The notes under the pieces: model-generated
Database searches by the model: none
What the model was told of the DNA's origin: nothing
The model's input: only the letters and a program-made list of their open reading frames with translations
Source of the DNA: an uncultured Bacteroidales bacterium
Lineage (GTDB): Bacteria; Bacteroidota; Bacteroidia; Bacteroidales; Muribaculaceae
Reading direction: 5' to 3'
Length of the DNA stretch: 64,000 nt
Assembly (NCBI GenBank): GCA_959024545.1
Contig: CAUFFJ010000004.1
Coordinates: forward strand, 12,584-76,583
Part shown: positions 29,568-40,487 of the stretch, piece by piece
Layout: each line of letters starts with the position of its first letter
Numbering within the stretch: the stretch's first letter is position 1
Translations under genes and position numbers: made by a program

Positions 29568-30263
29568 ATGACAGCAGAGAAAAAGCGGATACTTGTGGTG
29601 GATGATGAAGAGACGTTATGCGAGGTGCTTCGTTTCAATCTTGAGGCGGCAGGCTATGAGGTCGAGACAGCATTGAGTGCCGAGGAAGCTCTTGCCCGCG
29701 GGGTCGATGGATTCGATCTGGTGCTTCTCGACATAATGATGGGCGAAATATCGGGGCTGCAGATGGCCGCCATTCTCAGGAAGCATCCGCATACAGCTGC
29801 CATACCGATCATTTTCTGCACGGCGCGCGACACGGAAGACGATATGGTGGAAGGCCTTGATATCGGTGCGGATGATTACATCGCCAAACCATATTCGATG
29901 CGTAATCTGCTGGCTCGGGTACGCAGTGTGTTGCGGCGTGCCGAGACATCGGAGCCGGCAATCAGACGCGCCGATTCGGTTTCCTTCCAGGGATTGACTC
30001 TGGATATGGAGGCAAAAAGGTGTATAATCGATGGTGAAGAGGTCAGGCTTCCGCGTAAGGAGTTTGAAATACTTGCTATGTTGCTTTCAAACAAGGGACG
30101 TATCTTCTCACGCGAGGAGTTGCTTCATAAGATATGGCCGGAGGAGGTTGTAGTGGTGGATCGTGTAGTGGATGTCAATATTACCCGTCTGCGTCGCAAA
30201 CTTGGCCCATACGGCAAAAATATCGTTACACGTTCAGGTTACGGATATGGCTTTATGGAATAA
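29568..30263 (+). CDS. OmpR-family two-component response regulator
   Basis: 231 aa; receiver domain (VVDDEETL...LDIMMGEISG) plus winged-helix output domain (RLRRKLG). Confidence 0.85.
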   Translation: MTAEKKRILVVDDEETLCEVLRFNLEAAGYEVETALSAEEALARGVDGFDLVLLDIMMGEISGLQMAAILRKHPHTAAIPIIFCTARDTEDDMVEGLDIGADDYIAKPYSMRNLLARVRSVLRRAETSEPAIRRADSVSFQGLTLDMEAKRCIIDGEEVRLPRKEFEILAMLLSNKGRIFSREELLHKIWPEEVVVVDRVVDVNITRLRRKLGPYGKNIVTRSGYGYGFME

Positions 30264-31707
30264 AAAACTGCGTTACCATCAGCGTCTCTTTTTATGGCTG
30301 CTTCTGTATTCATTGCTTTTTACCGGATGCTTCACGGCATTTCAGTATAGCAGGGAGAAAGAATTTAAGCAACAGGAATTGAATCTGCGTCTTCAGCTGG
30401 TCAATATGCATTTATTGAAAGAAGTGGAGGCAGGTCGTCCCATCCGGGGTAAAAATGCTGTGGATGCGGGTTCTATATACTGCGCTCCCGCGGGCTTTGA
30501 CGATGCTTTGCGCATAAGCGTGATTGATAGTCTCGGTCGTGTGGTATATGATAACTCTCTCGATTCACTTCCCTCCGGTAATCATCTAAGCCGCGAAGAG
30601 ATAAGAGAGGCTGTTGCCGAAGGAGAGGGTTACACGGTACGACGCCATAGCGAAAGCACCGGGGCTACGTATTTTTACTCGGCAAGACTGGGGCATAATG
30701 GCACGGTGGTGCGGACTGCTGTGCCGTATTCCGCCAGTCTGGGTGAAATGCTTCGTGCCGACTACCGGTTTATCTGGCTCACTTCCGGCACAGCACTGAT
30801 GCTGTGCATACTTGGTTTCTTTGTAACCCGGCGCATAGGTGTTTATGTGGGTCGTCTCCGTTCTTTTGCAGAAAAGGCCGAAAAAGGCGAGCGGATATCA
30901 GATTCCGAACCGTTCCCCCACGATGAACTGGGGGATATTTCAAACCACATCGTCAGTCTGTATGCCAGTCTGCAGCAGGCCATTTCCGACCGCGACCGGG
31001 AGCACCGCGAGGCATTGCACCAGCAAAGCGAGAAAGAGCGCATCAAGAAGCAACTTACCAACAATATCAATCATGAGCTGAAGACACCTGTGGCATCGGT
31101 CCATTCCTGCCTGGAGACTATGCTCGGCCATCCGGATATGTCGCCTGAAAAGCGCCGCGAATTTTTAGAGCGCTGCATTGCCGGCACTGACAGGCTACGC
31201 AGTCTGTTGGCTGATGTGGCGCTTATCACACGTATCGATGACGGGGGCGATGCCATCCGAAAGGAGGAAGTATGCATAGATGCGATAGCCCGTAAATCTG
31301 TCGAACAGATCGAAGTGAGGGCTGAAAACGCAGGATTCTTAATTTCGTTAAAGAGTGCTGAGAATATCAGGATAAACGGCAATCCCCAGTTGCTTTCATC
31401 CATATTCGACAATCTGCTGGCCAACGCCCTGGCCTACAGCGGAGGCACACGCATCTACATCCGCATAGAAAGACTCTCTGACGGCACGGTTGAAGTGATT
31501 TTGGCCGACAACGGCATCGGCATCAGAGATGAGCATCTGCCGCATATCTTCGAGCGCTTTTACCGTATAGACAAAGGCCGGTCGCGCGCTGCCGGAGGCA
31601 CCGGACTGGGGCTTGCCATCGTAAAAAATGCAGTCATTTTCCATGGCGGCACTATACGCGCGTATAATCTGCCCGGCGGGGGACTCGGCTTCAGGATCCG
31701 TATCTGA
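30247..31707 (+). CDS. Sensor histidine kinase
   Basis: The ORF starts at 30172, but ATG 30247 overlaps the response-regulator stop. Two TMs, H-box NNINHELKTPVASV, and N/G boxes (DNGIGI, GGTGLGLAIVK). Confidence 0.8.
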   Translation: MALWNKKLRYHQRLFLWLLLYSLLFTGCFTAFQYSREKEFKQQELNLRLQLVNMHLLKEVEAGRPIRGKNAVDAGSIYCAPAGFDDALRISVIDSLGRVVYDNSLDSLPSGNHLSREEIREAVAEGEGYTVRRHSESTGATYFYSARLGHNGTVVRTAVPYSASLGEMLRADYRFIWLTSGTALMLCILGFFVTRRIGVYVGRLRSFAEKAEKGERISDSEPFPHDELGDISNHIVSLYASLQQAISDRDREHREALHQQSEKERIKKQLTNNINHELKTPVASVHSCLETMLGHPDMSPEKRREFLERCIAGTDRLRSLLADVALITRIDDGGDAIRKEEVCIDAIARKSVEQIEVRAENAGFLISLKSAENIRINGNPQLLSSIFDNLLANALAYSGGTRIYIRIERLSDGTVEVILADNGIGIRDEHLPHIFERFYRIDKGRSRAAGGTGLGLAIVKNAVIFHGGTIRAYNLPGGGLGFRIRI

Positions 31708-31848
31708 TATTTTTTGTCCGGATATAAAATTTTTGTAATTTTGTATCTGCAAACCGGAATTCATAAGTAATTGGTTGAGTTCAATTCAATTATTTACTCA
31801 TGCCGGTCAGTTTTCAAACATAATAACCTTATCAATAATTTGTATCAG

Positions 31849-33081
31849 ATGAAAACAAGACTTATGCTTTTTATCGCCTGCCTGTCATGGTCAGTTCCGG
31901 CCATTTGCTCAGGGATTTATTTTGGCACAGGCGATCTTATGTATCAGATCTTTCCTGATGCTGGCAACGCATGCGTAATAGGGCTGAATGGCCCCTCCCT
32001 TCAGGAGACAATCAAGTCTGCCACCATTTTGTCAGAGGTCAATTACGAGGGAAAGAAGTTCACCGTTACCTCGATTGATAATGCATTTAACCATTGTCCC
32101 TGTCTGGAGTCTGTTACTATTCCTAATACAATAACTTCAATAGAAGGAAGCTCTTTTATCGGCTGTCCCATGTTGAAATCCATATCGCTTCCTCCGTCTG
32201 TCACTCGGATTGGCCCGCGTGCTTTCGAGGACTGCACAGGGCTGACGTCCATATCAATTCCGGATGGAATAAATGAAATTGAACCCTGGTGCTTCTCAGG
32301 GTGTGGTTCGTTATCGTCTGTCAGATTCGGAAACGCTGTGGGTTCTATTAAGACTGAAGCATTCCGGTTCTGTTCCTCTCTCAAGTCCCTGATTGTACCG
32401 CTGGAGTGTACCAGTATCGGTACGCAGGCTTTTGAAGGATGCACTGCTCTTCAAGATGTTATCTTTAACGAAGAGCTCGCTGAGATTGGTAGCAGTGCGT
32501 TTGGCAGTTGCACGTCCCTGAAGTCAATAGTGATTCCTCCTTCGGTTCAAGAGCGTTTAGGCAACGCCGCTTTCCAATATTGTGATTCTCTGGTCAGTGT
32601 TACAGTGGGAGACTATGTACCTGTCATGGGAAGTTATTGTTTTCAGTATTGCAAGTCCTTGAAGACGGTTGTCCTTGGCAGTTCTCTCAGGGAGATGGGA
32701 TATCAGGTATTTCAGTTCTGCCCCGGAATTGAGTCTGTGACTGTAAAGGCTGTTGCTCCTCCTTTTGTATATGAAAATGAAACCGCGCAATTCGACCAGT
32801 TTGATCAGATAGTTTACGACACTGCGGTTCTCACGGTACCTGCCGAATCGATTGAGGCATATCGTCAGCATGATGTCTGGGGCAAATTCCGACATATCCA
32901 GTCTGCTTCGGGTATTGATGAAGTCATATCGGACTCAGCCTTCGATGTCTCTATCCCCGTTGACGTGTATTTGCTTTCGGGAGAAAAAGTATTTGAAGGA
33001 ATGATGAAGGATTCTTCGCTTCAGCCGGGAACATACTTAATAAGACAGGGGGATATTGCTGTGAAGAAGATTGTTAGGTAG
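31849..33081 (+). CDS. Leucine-rich-repeat (BspA/TpLRR-like) surface protein with a T9SS-type C-terminal sorting tail
   Basis: Start MKTRLMLFIACLSWSVPAICSG (signal peptide). Repeated ~23-aa LRR_5 units (..CxxLxSIxIPxSVTxIGxxAFxxC..). C-terminal ...GTYLIRQGDIAVKKIVR. AT-richer than its surroundings. A -7 box lies at 31736-31743. Confidence 0.6.
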   Translation: MKTRLMLFIACLSWSVPAICSGIYFGTGDLMYQIFPDAGNACVIGLNGPSLQETIKSATILSEVNYEGKKFTVTSIDNAFNHCPCLESVTIPNTITSIEGSSFIGCPMLKSISLPPSVTRIGPRAFEDCTGLTSISIPDGINEIEPWCFSGCGSLSSVRFGNAVGSIKTEAFRFCSSLKSLIVPLECTSIGTQAFEGCTALQDVIFNEELAEIGSSAFGSCTSLKSIVIPPSVQERLGNAAFQYCDSLVSVTVGDYVPVMGSYCFQYCKSLKTVVLGSSLREMGYQVFQFCPGIESVTVKAVAPPFVYENETAQFDQFDQIVYDTAVLTVPAESIEAYRQHDVWGKFRHIQSASGIDEVISDSAFDVSIPVDVYLLSGEKVFEGMMKDSSLQPGTYLIRQGDIAVKKIVR

Positions 33082-33469
33082 CCCGATACAAGTCTCTGAA
33101 TCTGGCTTTCGACTGGCTCGGTGTTTAAGGAGACTCAATGACGAAGTCAGACGCCGACCGACTGTTTCCTTCCGAAAAGAGAGCCGTGGCAGTGCAATGT
33201 CTGGATGATATATAAAGCTAAGTGATTGATACACAGAAAGGAGGGACGCTTCCACAACGCCCCTCCCGCGATTCCACTATAAACTATATCTAACTAAACT
33301 TAAACCGTAATCAAGCTTTCTCACGAAACCCTGAATACTCTTTCCTTATTGCTTTGTATCATGAAAACGTTTGAATAATGGCGGAAGTTGTCCGCTTTAT
33401 ACAGGTTTATACTTATTCTATATCTCTTAACATTAGGCCGACACGTGTCAGCTGCCATATCCAGAGGTG

Positions 33470-34735
33470 TCAGGCAGTAGGAACAGTATCGGCGAAATGC
33501 GCCTCCTCGAGCTTTTGACGCGCATAGTCGGCATCGACGGTGAATGTCTTGACGGGCTTTGACGGCACTTCATACATGGCATCGACCATGATAGCTTCGA
33601 CAATCGAGCGCAGGCCGCGGGCTCCGAGTTTGTATTCTATGGCTTTGTCTACGATGAAATCAAGGGCATCATCGGTAAACTCCAGTTCCACACCGTCCAT
33701 TCTGAACAGACTCTTGTATTGGCGTGTGATAGCGTTTTTAGGCTCGGTCAGTATCCGGCGCAGTGCTTCGCGGTCAAGAGGATTGAGACTTGTCAGTATC
33801 GGCAGACGGCCGATGATTTCCGGTATGAGCCCGAAGGACTTGAGATCCTGCGGCTGCACATAGCGCATCAGATTGTCGCGTTCACGTTTTTTCTTTGAAG
33901 CGTCGTGGCCGTATCCCACTATCTGATGGTTGAGCCGCGATGCTATCTTACGCTCAATGCCATCGAAAGCTCCGCCGCAGATGAACAGGATATTTTTGGT
34001 ATCCACCGGAATCATCTTTTGGTCGGGATGCTTGCGGCCCCCCTGCGGCGGGACGAGCACCACGCTGCCTTCGAGCAGCTTGAGCAGGCCCTGCTGCACA
34101 CCCTCGCCGCTGACGTCGCGCGTGATGGAGGGATTATCGCTCTTGCGCGCAATCTTATCTATTTCGTCAATAAATACGATGCCTTTCTGGGCGCGTTCCA
34201 CATCGTAGTCGCAGGCCTGGAGCAGTCGGGTGAGCAGCGATTCTATATCCTCGCCCACATAGCCGGCCTCGGTCAGTACAGTGGCATCGACTATAGTGAA
34301 CGGCACATCAAGCAGTCTGGCTATAGTCTTGGCCAGCAGGGTCTTGCCGGTACCGGTAGGCCCAACCATCACAATATTGCTTTTCTCTATGTCGACGTCA
34401 TCGTCTCCTGAGGCCTCATGCTTCTCCATTCGGGCGATACGCTTGTAATGGTTGTATACGGCCACTGCGAGGTATTTTTTCGCCTCGTCCTGTCCGATCA
34501 CGTATTGGTCGAGAAACTCATTGATTTCTTTAGGCTTTGGAATCTTGCCGCCGGCCTTCTTCTCTTTTGCCTCGTTTTTCTTATGAATCGACTTGAGCTG
34601 TTCGTCTCTTGTCTGGTCGATGAATTTGATGCAGTCGGTGCAGAGGTCGAGGCCCGGCAGGATGCTTACCACCGGAGTTGCGGTGCTATCCTCGGAGCCG
34701 CACATCGAGCAACGTATGTCTCTTTTTTTAGCCAT
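33470..34735 (-). CDS. clpX: ATP-dependent Clp protease ATP-binding subunit ClpX
   Basis: Likely start [13 protein letters not shown] (Zn-binding CxxC...CxxC). Walker A GPTGTGKT. Confidence 0.9.
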   Translation of the reverse strand: MAKKRDIRCSMCGSEDSTATPVVSILPGLDLCTDCIKFIDQTRDEQLKSIHKKNEAKEKKAGGKIPKPKEINEFLDQYVIGQDEAKKYLAVAVYNHYKRIARMEKHEASGDDDVDIEKSNIVMVGPTGTGKTLLAKTIARLLDVPFTIVDATVLTEAGYVGEDIESLLTRLLQACDYDVERAQKGIVFIDEIDKIARKSDNPSITRDVSGEGVQQGLLKLLEGSVVLVPPQGGRKHPDQKMIPVDTKNILFICGGAFDGIERKIASRLNHQIVGYGHDASKKKRERDNLMRYVQPQDLKSFGLIPEIIGRLPILTSLNPLDREALRRILTEPKNAITRQYKSLFRMDGVELEFTDDALDFIVDKAIEYKLGARGLRSIVEAIMVDAMYEVPSKPVKTFTVDADYARQKLEEAHFADTVPTA

Positions 34736-34847
34736 ATCCGTTAATTGAATGAGAAAAAGTCTGCCGGGCAATAAAAATGTGTCAGGCAGACGTATGATAT
34801 TGTCATGTCAGTGGCTGCATTCGGAACGCCGGCGCCACGCGACAAAA

Positions 34848-35576
34848 TCATTCATTTTCCTTTTTCTTTTTCTCGTTGACAAGTATGCGGTCGATCATAC
34901 CATATTCCTTGGCTTCGCGGGCAATCATCCAGTAGTCGCGGTCGCTGTCGGCCTCGACTTTCTCGAACGGCTGTCCTGAATGGTCGGAAATAATCCGGTA
35001 GAGTTCCTCCTTGAGTTTGAGAATCTCACGGGCAGTGATTTCAATGTCGGAAGCCTGTCCCTGGATACCTCCCATGGGCTGATGAATCATCACACGCGAG
35101 TGGGGCAGTGCGAAGCGCTTGCCTTTCTCACCTGCCACAAGCAGCACAGCAGCCATCGAGGCGGCCATGCCCGTGCAGATAGTAGACACGTCGGAGTTCA
35201 CATACTGCATGGTATCGTAGATGCCCAAGCCGGCATATACGCTGCCGCCGGGGGAATTGATGTAGAGTGATATATCCTTTTCAGGGTCTACCGAGTCGAG
35301 ATAGAGCAGCTGCGCCTGGATAATGTTGGCGCTCTGGTCAGAGACCTGGGTGCCCATGAATATGATGCGGTCCATCATCAGACGTGAGAATACGTCCATC
35401 TGGGTGACATTGAGCTGACGCTCTTCGAGGATATAGGGGTTAAGGTAATCGGCGGTTGGCGTCTGTGTCATGCTCACCGATGGAGCGGCGGCATTGATAT
35501 GGCGCATATATCCGTCGAGTGTATTTGAATTGAGGCCGAGATGATTGACGGCGAAATTTCTGAAGTCGTTGTTCAT
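34848..35576 (-). CDS. clpP: ATP-dependent Clp protease proteolytic subunit ClpP
   Basis: 242 aa; ...[11 protein letters not shown]... HSRVMIHQP...; -7 box caaaatta at 35602-35609. Confidence 0.85.
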   Translation of the reverse strand: MNNDFRNFAVNHLGLNSNTLDGYMRHINAAAPSVSMTQTPTADYLNPYILEERQLNVTQMDVFSRLMMDRIIFMGTQVSDQSANIIQAQLLYLDSVDPEKDISLYINSPGGSVYAGLGIYDTMQYVNSDVSTICTGMAASMAAVLLVAGEKGKRFALPHSRVMIHQPMGGIQGQASDIEITAREILKLKEELYRIISDHSGQPFEKVEADSDRDYWMIAREAKEYGMIDRILVNEKKKKENE

Positions 35577-35735
35577 ATATTGTAAGTGTGTATTATTCAG
35601 ACAAAATTATATTCCGCTGAGCGCGGCTCAACGTTTATATAACAAATAGCGTGCCAAAAAGTAGGCAAAAAAGTATTGACGCCCAATTTTTTGCGCCGGT
35701 GAAAAGAAAATATTAATTTTGCTAAAAATTATACA

Positions 35736-36272
35736 ATGCCAATGATCAGCGAAGAAGACCTGAGAAAAAGGATGCTTGAGGCCGTGGCTACTGCGGCACG
35801 ATACTGCGTGGCCGTGGAAAATGCCCGCGAGACCGATAAAGAGACTTTCGTGCGTGAGATGACGGCGTGCCTGCCTCGGCTCTATACAGAGTTTGCCGAA
35901 GTGCCGGCCGAGGATGTGATGGCAGACGAGCTCTCGCTCGGACTCTCGTATGTCGACGAGGATTATTACGAAAGCATACGCCGGCGTGTCGAGACACTGC
36001 TTGGCCCTGATGATACTTATCTGGAGACATTCGAGGAAGATATGAAATATAGCGATACTCCCATCGCCGCATCAGTGGCAGAGGGCGTTGCCGATATTTT
36101 TCAGGATCTGTATAATTTCGCCACCCGTGTGAAGGAATCGGAAGGTCTTGCTCTCGAGTCTGCATTCGCCGAATGTCGCGAAAACTTCGACGCTTATTGG
36201 AGCCGTACGCTCTGCAACGTGATGCGGCCGCTCAACGCCATGCGCATCGAACGTCCTGTTGCCGATGACTGA
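35736..36272 (+). CDS. DUF5063-like hypothetical protein
   Basis: 178 aa, acidic, no TM. -7 box TAATTTTG at 35714-35721. Confidence 0.4.
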   Translation: MPMISEEDLRKRMLEAVATAARYCVAVENARETDKETFVREMTACLPRLYTEFAEVPAEDVMADELSLGLSYVDEDYYESIRRRVETLLGPDDTYLETFEEDMKYSDTPIAASVAEGVADIFQDLYNFATRVKESEGLALESAFAECRENFDAYWSRTLCNVMRPLNAMRIERPVADD

Positions 36273-36322
36273 GACGTCGCCAAAGCACGACATTATTAGA
36301 AATTTAATCACAACTACATACC

Positions 36323-37618
36323 ATGGACATAAACCGCCTACTCAATTGGCTTGACGCCTCTACCTGCAACTTTCTTGCCGTAGACACCATACGCCGCGAG
36401 CTCGAAGCCGCCGGCTTCACACGCCTGCTTCCCGGCGAGAGCTGGAACCTTAAAAAGAACGGCCGATATTATCTGACCAAAAACGACAGTGCCATATTCG
36501 CTTTCATCGTCGGCAACAGACCGGCCGAGGAAGCCGGATTCCGCATCATTGCCGCGCACAGCGATTCGCCCTGCTTCAAGATAAAGCCCAATGCCGAGAT
36601 ATACGGCGACGGCGGTGTAGTCTCCCTCAATGTAGAGAAATACGGAGGAGGCATAATGTACACCTGGTTTGACCGTCCGCTGTCCATTTCAGGCCGCGTT
36701 ATGACAGCCGGCGACGATGCGCTGCACCCTGTGACCCATCTTGTCGATCTCAAGCGTCCCGTGGCCTTTATCCCGCACCTGGCCATTCACTTCAATCGCG
36801 CTGTCAATGAAGGCAACCCTCTCTCGGTACAGAAAGACATGAAGCCTGTGGTGGGCTACTATGATGCCGACACCATAGCCGACCTGAAGAAAAAAGGAGG
36901 AATAGTCAAGACTCTGGTAGCTGATCACCTTGGCATAAATCCGGCTGAAATACTCGAATACGAGCTGTGTCTGTATCCATTCGAACCTGCCTCCACAGCC
37001 GGAGCAAGCGGAGAATACTTCCAGTCGGCCCGTATCGACGACCTCTCGATGGCATTCGCCGGCCTTGACGCAATGCTGGCCTCGGCCGATGTGGAAGCAG
37101 ACTATACGCGAGTGCTCGCCATATTCGACAACGAAGAGACAGGCTCCGGCACCAAGCAGGGAGCCGCATCGCCCGTGCTGGCCGAAATGCTCGCCCGCAT
37201 GGCCGGACAAGGCGAGAACTACTACCGCGCCGTGGCAAAGAGCTTCATGATTTCGGCAGATGACGCGCACGCATGGCATCCCAATTATAATGAGAAATAC
37301 GACCCGACCAACCATCCGGTAATCGGAGGAGGCCCTGTGATAAAAATCAATGCCAACTGCAAATATATGACCGATGCCGAGGGCGCCGCTGTATTCCGCC
37401 AGCTCTGCAACGAGGCCGGTGTGAAATGTCAGTACTTTGTCAACCACAGCGATGTGGCCGGCGGCTCCACACTGGGCAATATTCTCACATCGCAGATACC
37501 GCTCAGCGGCGTGGATATGGGCAACGCCATCTGGGCCATGCACTCGGCCCGCGAGACGGCAGGAGTGGCCGATCATTTCTCCACCGTGCGCGTGTTCTCT
37601 AAATTCTTCGGCAAATAA
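36323..37618 (+). CDS. M18 family aminopeptidase
   Basis: 431 aa; ...AAHSDSPCFKIKPN... ...FDNEETGSGT... are M18 signatures. Confidence 0.8.
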   Translation: MDINRLLNWLDASTCNFLAVDTIRRELEAAGFTRLLPGESWNLKKNGRYYLTKNDSAIFAFIVGNRPAEEAGFRIIAAHSDSPCFKIKPNAEIYGDGGVVSLNVEKYGGGIMYTWFDRPLSISGRVMTAGDDALHPVTHLVDLKRPVAFIPHLAIHFNRAVNEGNPLSVQKDMKPVVGYYDADTIADLKKKGGIVKTLVADHLGINPAEILEYELCLYPFEPASTAGASGEYFQSARIDDLSMAFAGLDAMLASADVEADYTRVLAIFDNEETGSGTKQGAASPVLAEMLARMAGQGENYYRAVAKSFMISADDAHAWHPNYNEKYDPTNHPVIGGGPVIKINANCKYMTDAEGAAVFRQLCNEAGVKCQYFVNHSDVAGGSTLGNILTSQIPLSGVDMGNAIWAMHSARETAGVADHFSTVRVFSKFFGK

Positions 37619-37800
37619 GCCTTTATCAAAAAGGCCGGGCAAGAGGCGAAATTGCGCCGTTTTGCCTATATCAGAAATTTTTACTACCTTTGCATCCGCT
37701 TTGGAGCGAACGGATTATCTGCCTATACGCAGTCCGTGAACTCCAAGGCGTTGCGTAATGTTTAAACCCAAGAGAATAAACAACATCCCACAATAAAAAG

Positions 37801-39162
37801 ATGGACATAAAATTCGACAGACTCAACGACGTGAACGGCCAGATCACCGTGACACTCGTGGAAGCAGATTATGCCGATGAGCTCAAGAAGCAGCTCAAGA
37901 AAGTGGCCCAGACACACACAGAGCCCGGTTTCCGACCCGGGCACACTCCTGCTGGCCTGATTCAGAAGAAGTACGGCACAGCCGTCAAATATGATGTCAT
38001 CAATAAGATGGTGTCCGACGCGCTGTTCAATTATATCAAGGAGCAGAAGCTCTCAGTGCTCGGCAATCCGATGCCCGAGGCTAACGATAACTTCGACATT
38101 CAGAATACAGAATTCAAGTTTGTATTCAATGTAGGTCTCGCTCCCGACTTTGAGACACACGTTGACAAAGACCTCAAGGTGCCCTATTACGTTATCGAGG
38201 TTACCGACGAGATGACCGATAACCAGAGCAACGGCCTGCGGCGCCGTATGGGCGAGCAGGTGAAGGGCGACACCGTCGAGCCTGACGCACTCGTCAAAGG
38301 CGACATCTTCGAGCTTGACGCCGAAGGCAAGCCTCTCGAAGGCGGCGTGAACCAGCCTAACGGCATCCTTGCTCCCAAATACTTCAAGAGCGAAGAGCAG
38401 CGCAAGCTCTTCGAGGGCAAGCACGTAGGCGACGAAGTGGTGTTCAACCCCTGGGCAACCTGCGACGGCAACCCCACTGAAATGTCGTCGATGCTCAATA
38501 TCGACAAAAACGACATTGAGGCTCACAAGGGTGATTTCGGTATGAGCATCAAGGAAATAATCGTGCTCCGTCCGGCCGAGCTCAATCAGGAGTATTACGA
38601 CGAGGTATTCGGCAAAGACAAGGTGCACAACGAAGAGGAATACCGCGCAGCCCTCAAGGAGATGATCGCCAATCAGCTCAAGGCCGACCAGAACTACCGC
38701 TTCACCATCGATGCAAGAGAAGCCATCACAAAAGCCGTCGGCGACATCGATCTGCCCGACGACATCCTGGTGGAATTCCTCAAGCAGCAGAACGAATCGC
38801 TTACCGACGAGACAGCCGAAGAGGAGTACAAGAAAGCCCGTCCCGACCTGGTATGGCAGATTATCCGTGACAAAGTGGCCGAACAGCTCGGCGTGAAGGT
38901 TGACGACAACGACGTGGAGAATGTAGCCATGCTAATGGCCCGTAACCAGTTCATGCAGTATGGCATGACGAATGCTCCAGAGGAATCGCTCAAGCGTCTT
39001 GCCGATGAAATCCTCAAGGACAAAAAGAGCCGCGAGCGTGTAATTGACCAGGCTGTAGACATGAAATTCTACGAAGCTGTCCACAATACCGTTACTCCTG
39101 AAGAGAAACAGGTCAGCGTAGAGCAGTTCAACGCTCTCTTCACTGACGATGCCAAAGCCTGA
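37801..39162 (+). CDS. tig: Trigger factor
   Basis: 453 aa; MDIKFDRLNDVNGQITVTL...GFRPGHTP... Confidence 0.85.
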   Translation: MDIKFDRLNDVNGQITVTLVEADYADELKKQLKKVAQTHTEPGFRPGHTPAGLIQKKYGTAVKYDVINKMVSDALFNYIKEQKLSVLGNPMPEANDNFDIQNTEFKFVFNVGLAPDFETHVDKDLKVPYYVIEVTDEMTDNQSNGLRRRMGEQVKGDTVEPDALVKGDIFELDAEGKPLEGGVNQPNGILAPKYFKSEEQRKLFEGKHVGDEVVFNPWATCDGNPTEMSSMLNIDKNDIEAHKGDFGMSIKEIIVLRPAELNQEYYDEVFGKDKVHNEEEYRAALKEMIANQLKADQNYRFTIDAREAITKAVGDIDLPDDILVEFLKQQNESLTDETAEEEYKKARPDLVWQIIRDKVAEQLGVKVDDNDVENVAMLMARNQFMQYGMTNAPEESLKRLADEILKDKKSRERVIDQAVDMKFYEAVHNTVTPEEKQVSVEQFNALFTDDAKA

Positions 39163-39237
39163 TGCATTCTTAATAGACAGATTACCTCTCATACCTTCAA
39201 CGCATGCCTGCCGGCAGCCTTGAAGAATAAATAAACC

Positions 39238-39288
39238 CCGGCCGGAGCCGACTCAGACAGCTATCCGCTGCTGACGCTGCTCCGGCCG
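39238..39288 (+). terminator. Long stem-loop downstream of tig (11-bp GC stem CCGGCCGGAGC / GCTCCGGCCGG)
   Basis: Perfect 11-bp inverted repeat around a ~29-nt loop, 76 nt past the tig stop. It is followed by cgctttaattcc, a weak U-tract. Confidence 0.4.
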
Positions 39289-39305
39289 GCGCTTTAATTC
39301 CCCCG

Positions 39306-39369
39306 TTCCTAATGTTTCCCAGGGGAACATTGAAAGAAACATTAGGGAAACATTAAGGAAACATTAAAG
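39306..39369 (+). repeat. Array of 11-12-bp GAAACATTA(R)RG repeats: 4 direct copies plus 1 inverted
   Basis: ttcctaatgtttccc | aggggaacattgaaa | gaaacattaggg | aaacattaagg | aaacattaaag. Confidence 0.75.
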
Positions 39370-39472
39370 CCCTTTCACTCCTCTTTTATATAATAGATAT
39401 AAGATAAAATAAAAGGGGCATTTTATAAGTATTGTTTTTGGAGAGGCTATTGTAGGTTAGCGGAATTTTTAT

Positions 39473-39480
39473 TATCTTTG
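39473..39480 (+). promoter_or_regulatory. -7 box TATCTTTG upstream of the DAP dehydrogenase gene
   Basis: 72 nt upstream of ATG 39552. Confidence 0.4.
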
Positions 39481-39551
39481 CAGGTCAATTCGGGACGTAT
39501 TCCTGCGGCATATTTGCGCCGGGCACGCATTCCGACAAAAACGTATCTACA

Positions 39552-40448
39552 ATGGAAAAGATAAGAGCAGCAGTAGTGGGCTACGGCAATATCGGGCGCT
39601 TTACGCTCGAAGCGCTTCAGGCCGCTCCTGATTTCGAAATAGCAGGCGTGGTACGCCGCAACCCGGCCGACCGCGCCGACATCCCGGCATCAACACCAGT
39701 AGTCGGTAATATCGGAGAACTGGACAACGTAGACGTAGCCATTCTGGCCACTCCCACACGCAAAGTGGAGGAAACAGCCCGCGACATACTTGCCCGCGGC
39801 ATCAATACCGTAGACAGCTTCGATATACACAGCAAGATACCCGAGCTGCGCGATGCTCTCGGACGTGCTGCAATAGCACATGGGGCCGTCTCGATTATCT
39901 CGGCCGGCTGGGATCCGGGAAGTGATTCTGTGGTACGCACCTTGCTTGAGGCAATAGCGCCCAAAGGCCTTACCTACACTAACTTCGGTCCGGGCATGAG
40001 CATGGGCCACACAGTGGCAGTCAAGGCTAAAGAAGGAGTGAAAGCAGCTCTTTCGATGACTATACCGCTGGGCACAGGCATTCACCGCCGCATGGTATAT
40101 GTGGAGCTGCTGCCGGGATATGAGCTTGAAAAGGTAGCCGCCGATATCAAGGCCGACCCATATTTCGCCTCAGATGAGACTCACGTATTCGAGGTAGAAT
40201 CAGTAGATATGGTCAAGGATATGGGACATGGCGTAAACCTGACCCGCAAAGGTGTCAGCGGAGCCACACAGAACCAGTTGTTTGAATTTGATATGAAAAT
40301 CAACAATCCTGCTCTCACAGGCCAGGTGCTGGTATGCGTAGCCCGCGCCTCGATGCGTCAGCGTCCCGGATGCTACACCATGATTGAGATACCGGTGGTG
40401 GATCTTCTTCCGGGAGACCGCGACAAATGGGTGGCACGCCTTGTGTAA
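39552..40448 (+). CDS. ddh: meso-diaminopimelate D-dehydrogenase
   Basis: 298 aa; MEKIRAAVVGYGNIGR... Confidence 0.75.
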   Translation: MEKIRAAVVGYGNIGRFTLEALQAAPDFEIAGVVRRNPADRADIPASTPVVGNIGELDNVDVAILATPTRKVEETARDILARGINTVDSFDIHSKIPELRDALGRAAIAHGAVSIISAGWDPGSDSVVRTLLEAIAPKGLTYTNFGPGMSMGHTVAVKAKEGVKAALSMTIPLGTGIHRRMVYVELLPGYELEKVAADIKADPYFASDETHVFEVESVDMVKDMGHGVNLTRKGVSGATQNQLFEFDMKINNPALTGQVLVCVARASMRQRPGCYTMIEIPVVDLLPGDRDKWVARLV

Positions 40449-40487
40449 CAACTCATAATCCTCTTAACCGTAAGCCTCTTACCCTCT

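Noticed and set aside
39201-39220. Perfect palindrome ctgccggcag downstream of tig
   Set aside because: A 10-bp GC palindrome is not unusual in ~55% GC DNA. It is considered part of the terminator region rather than a separate element.
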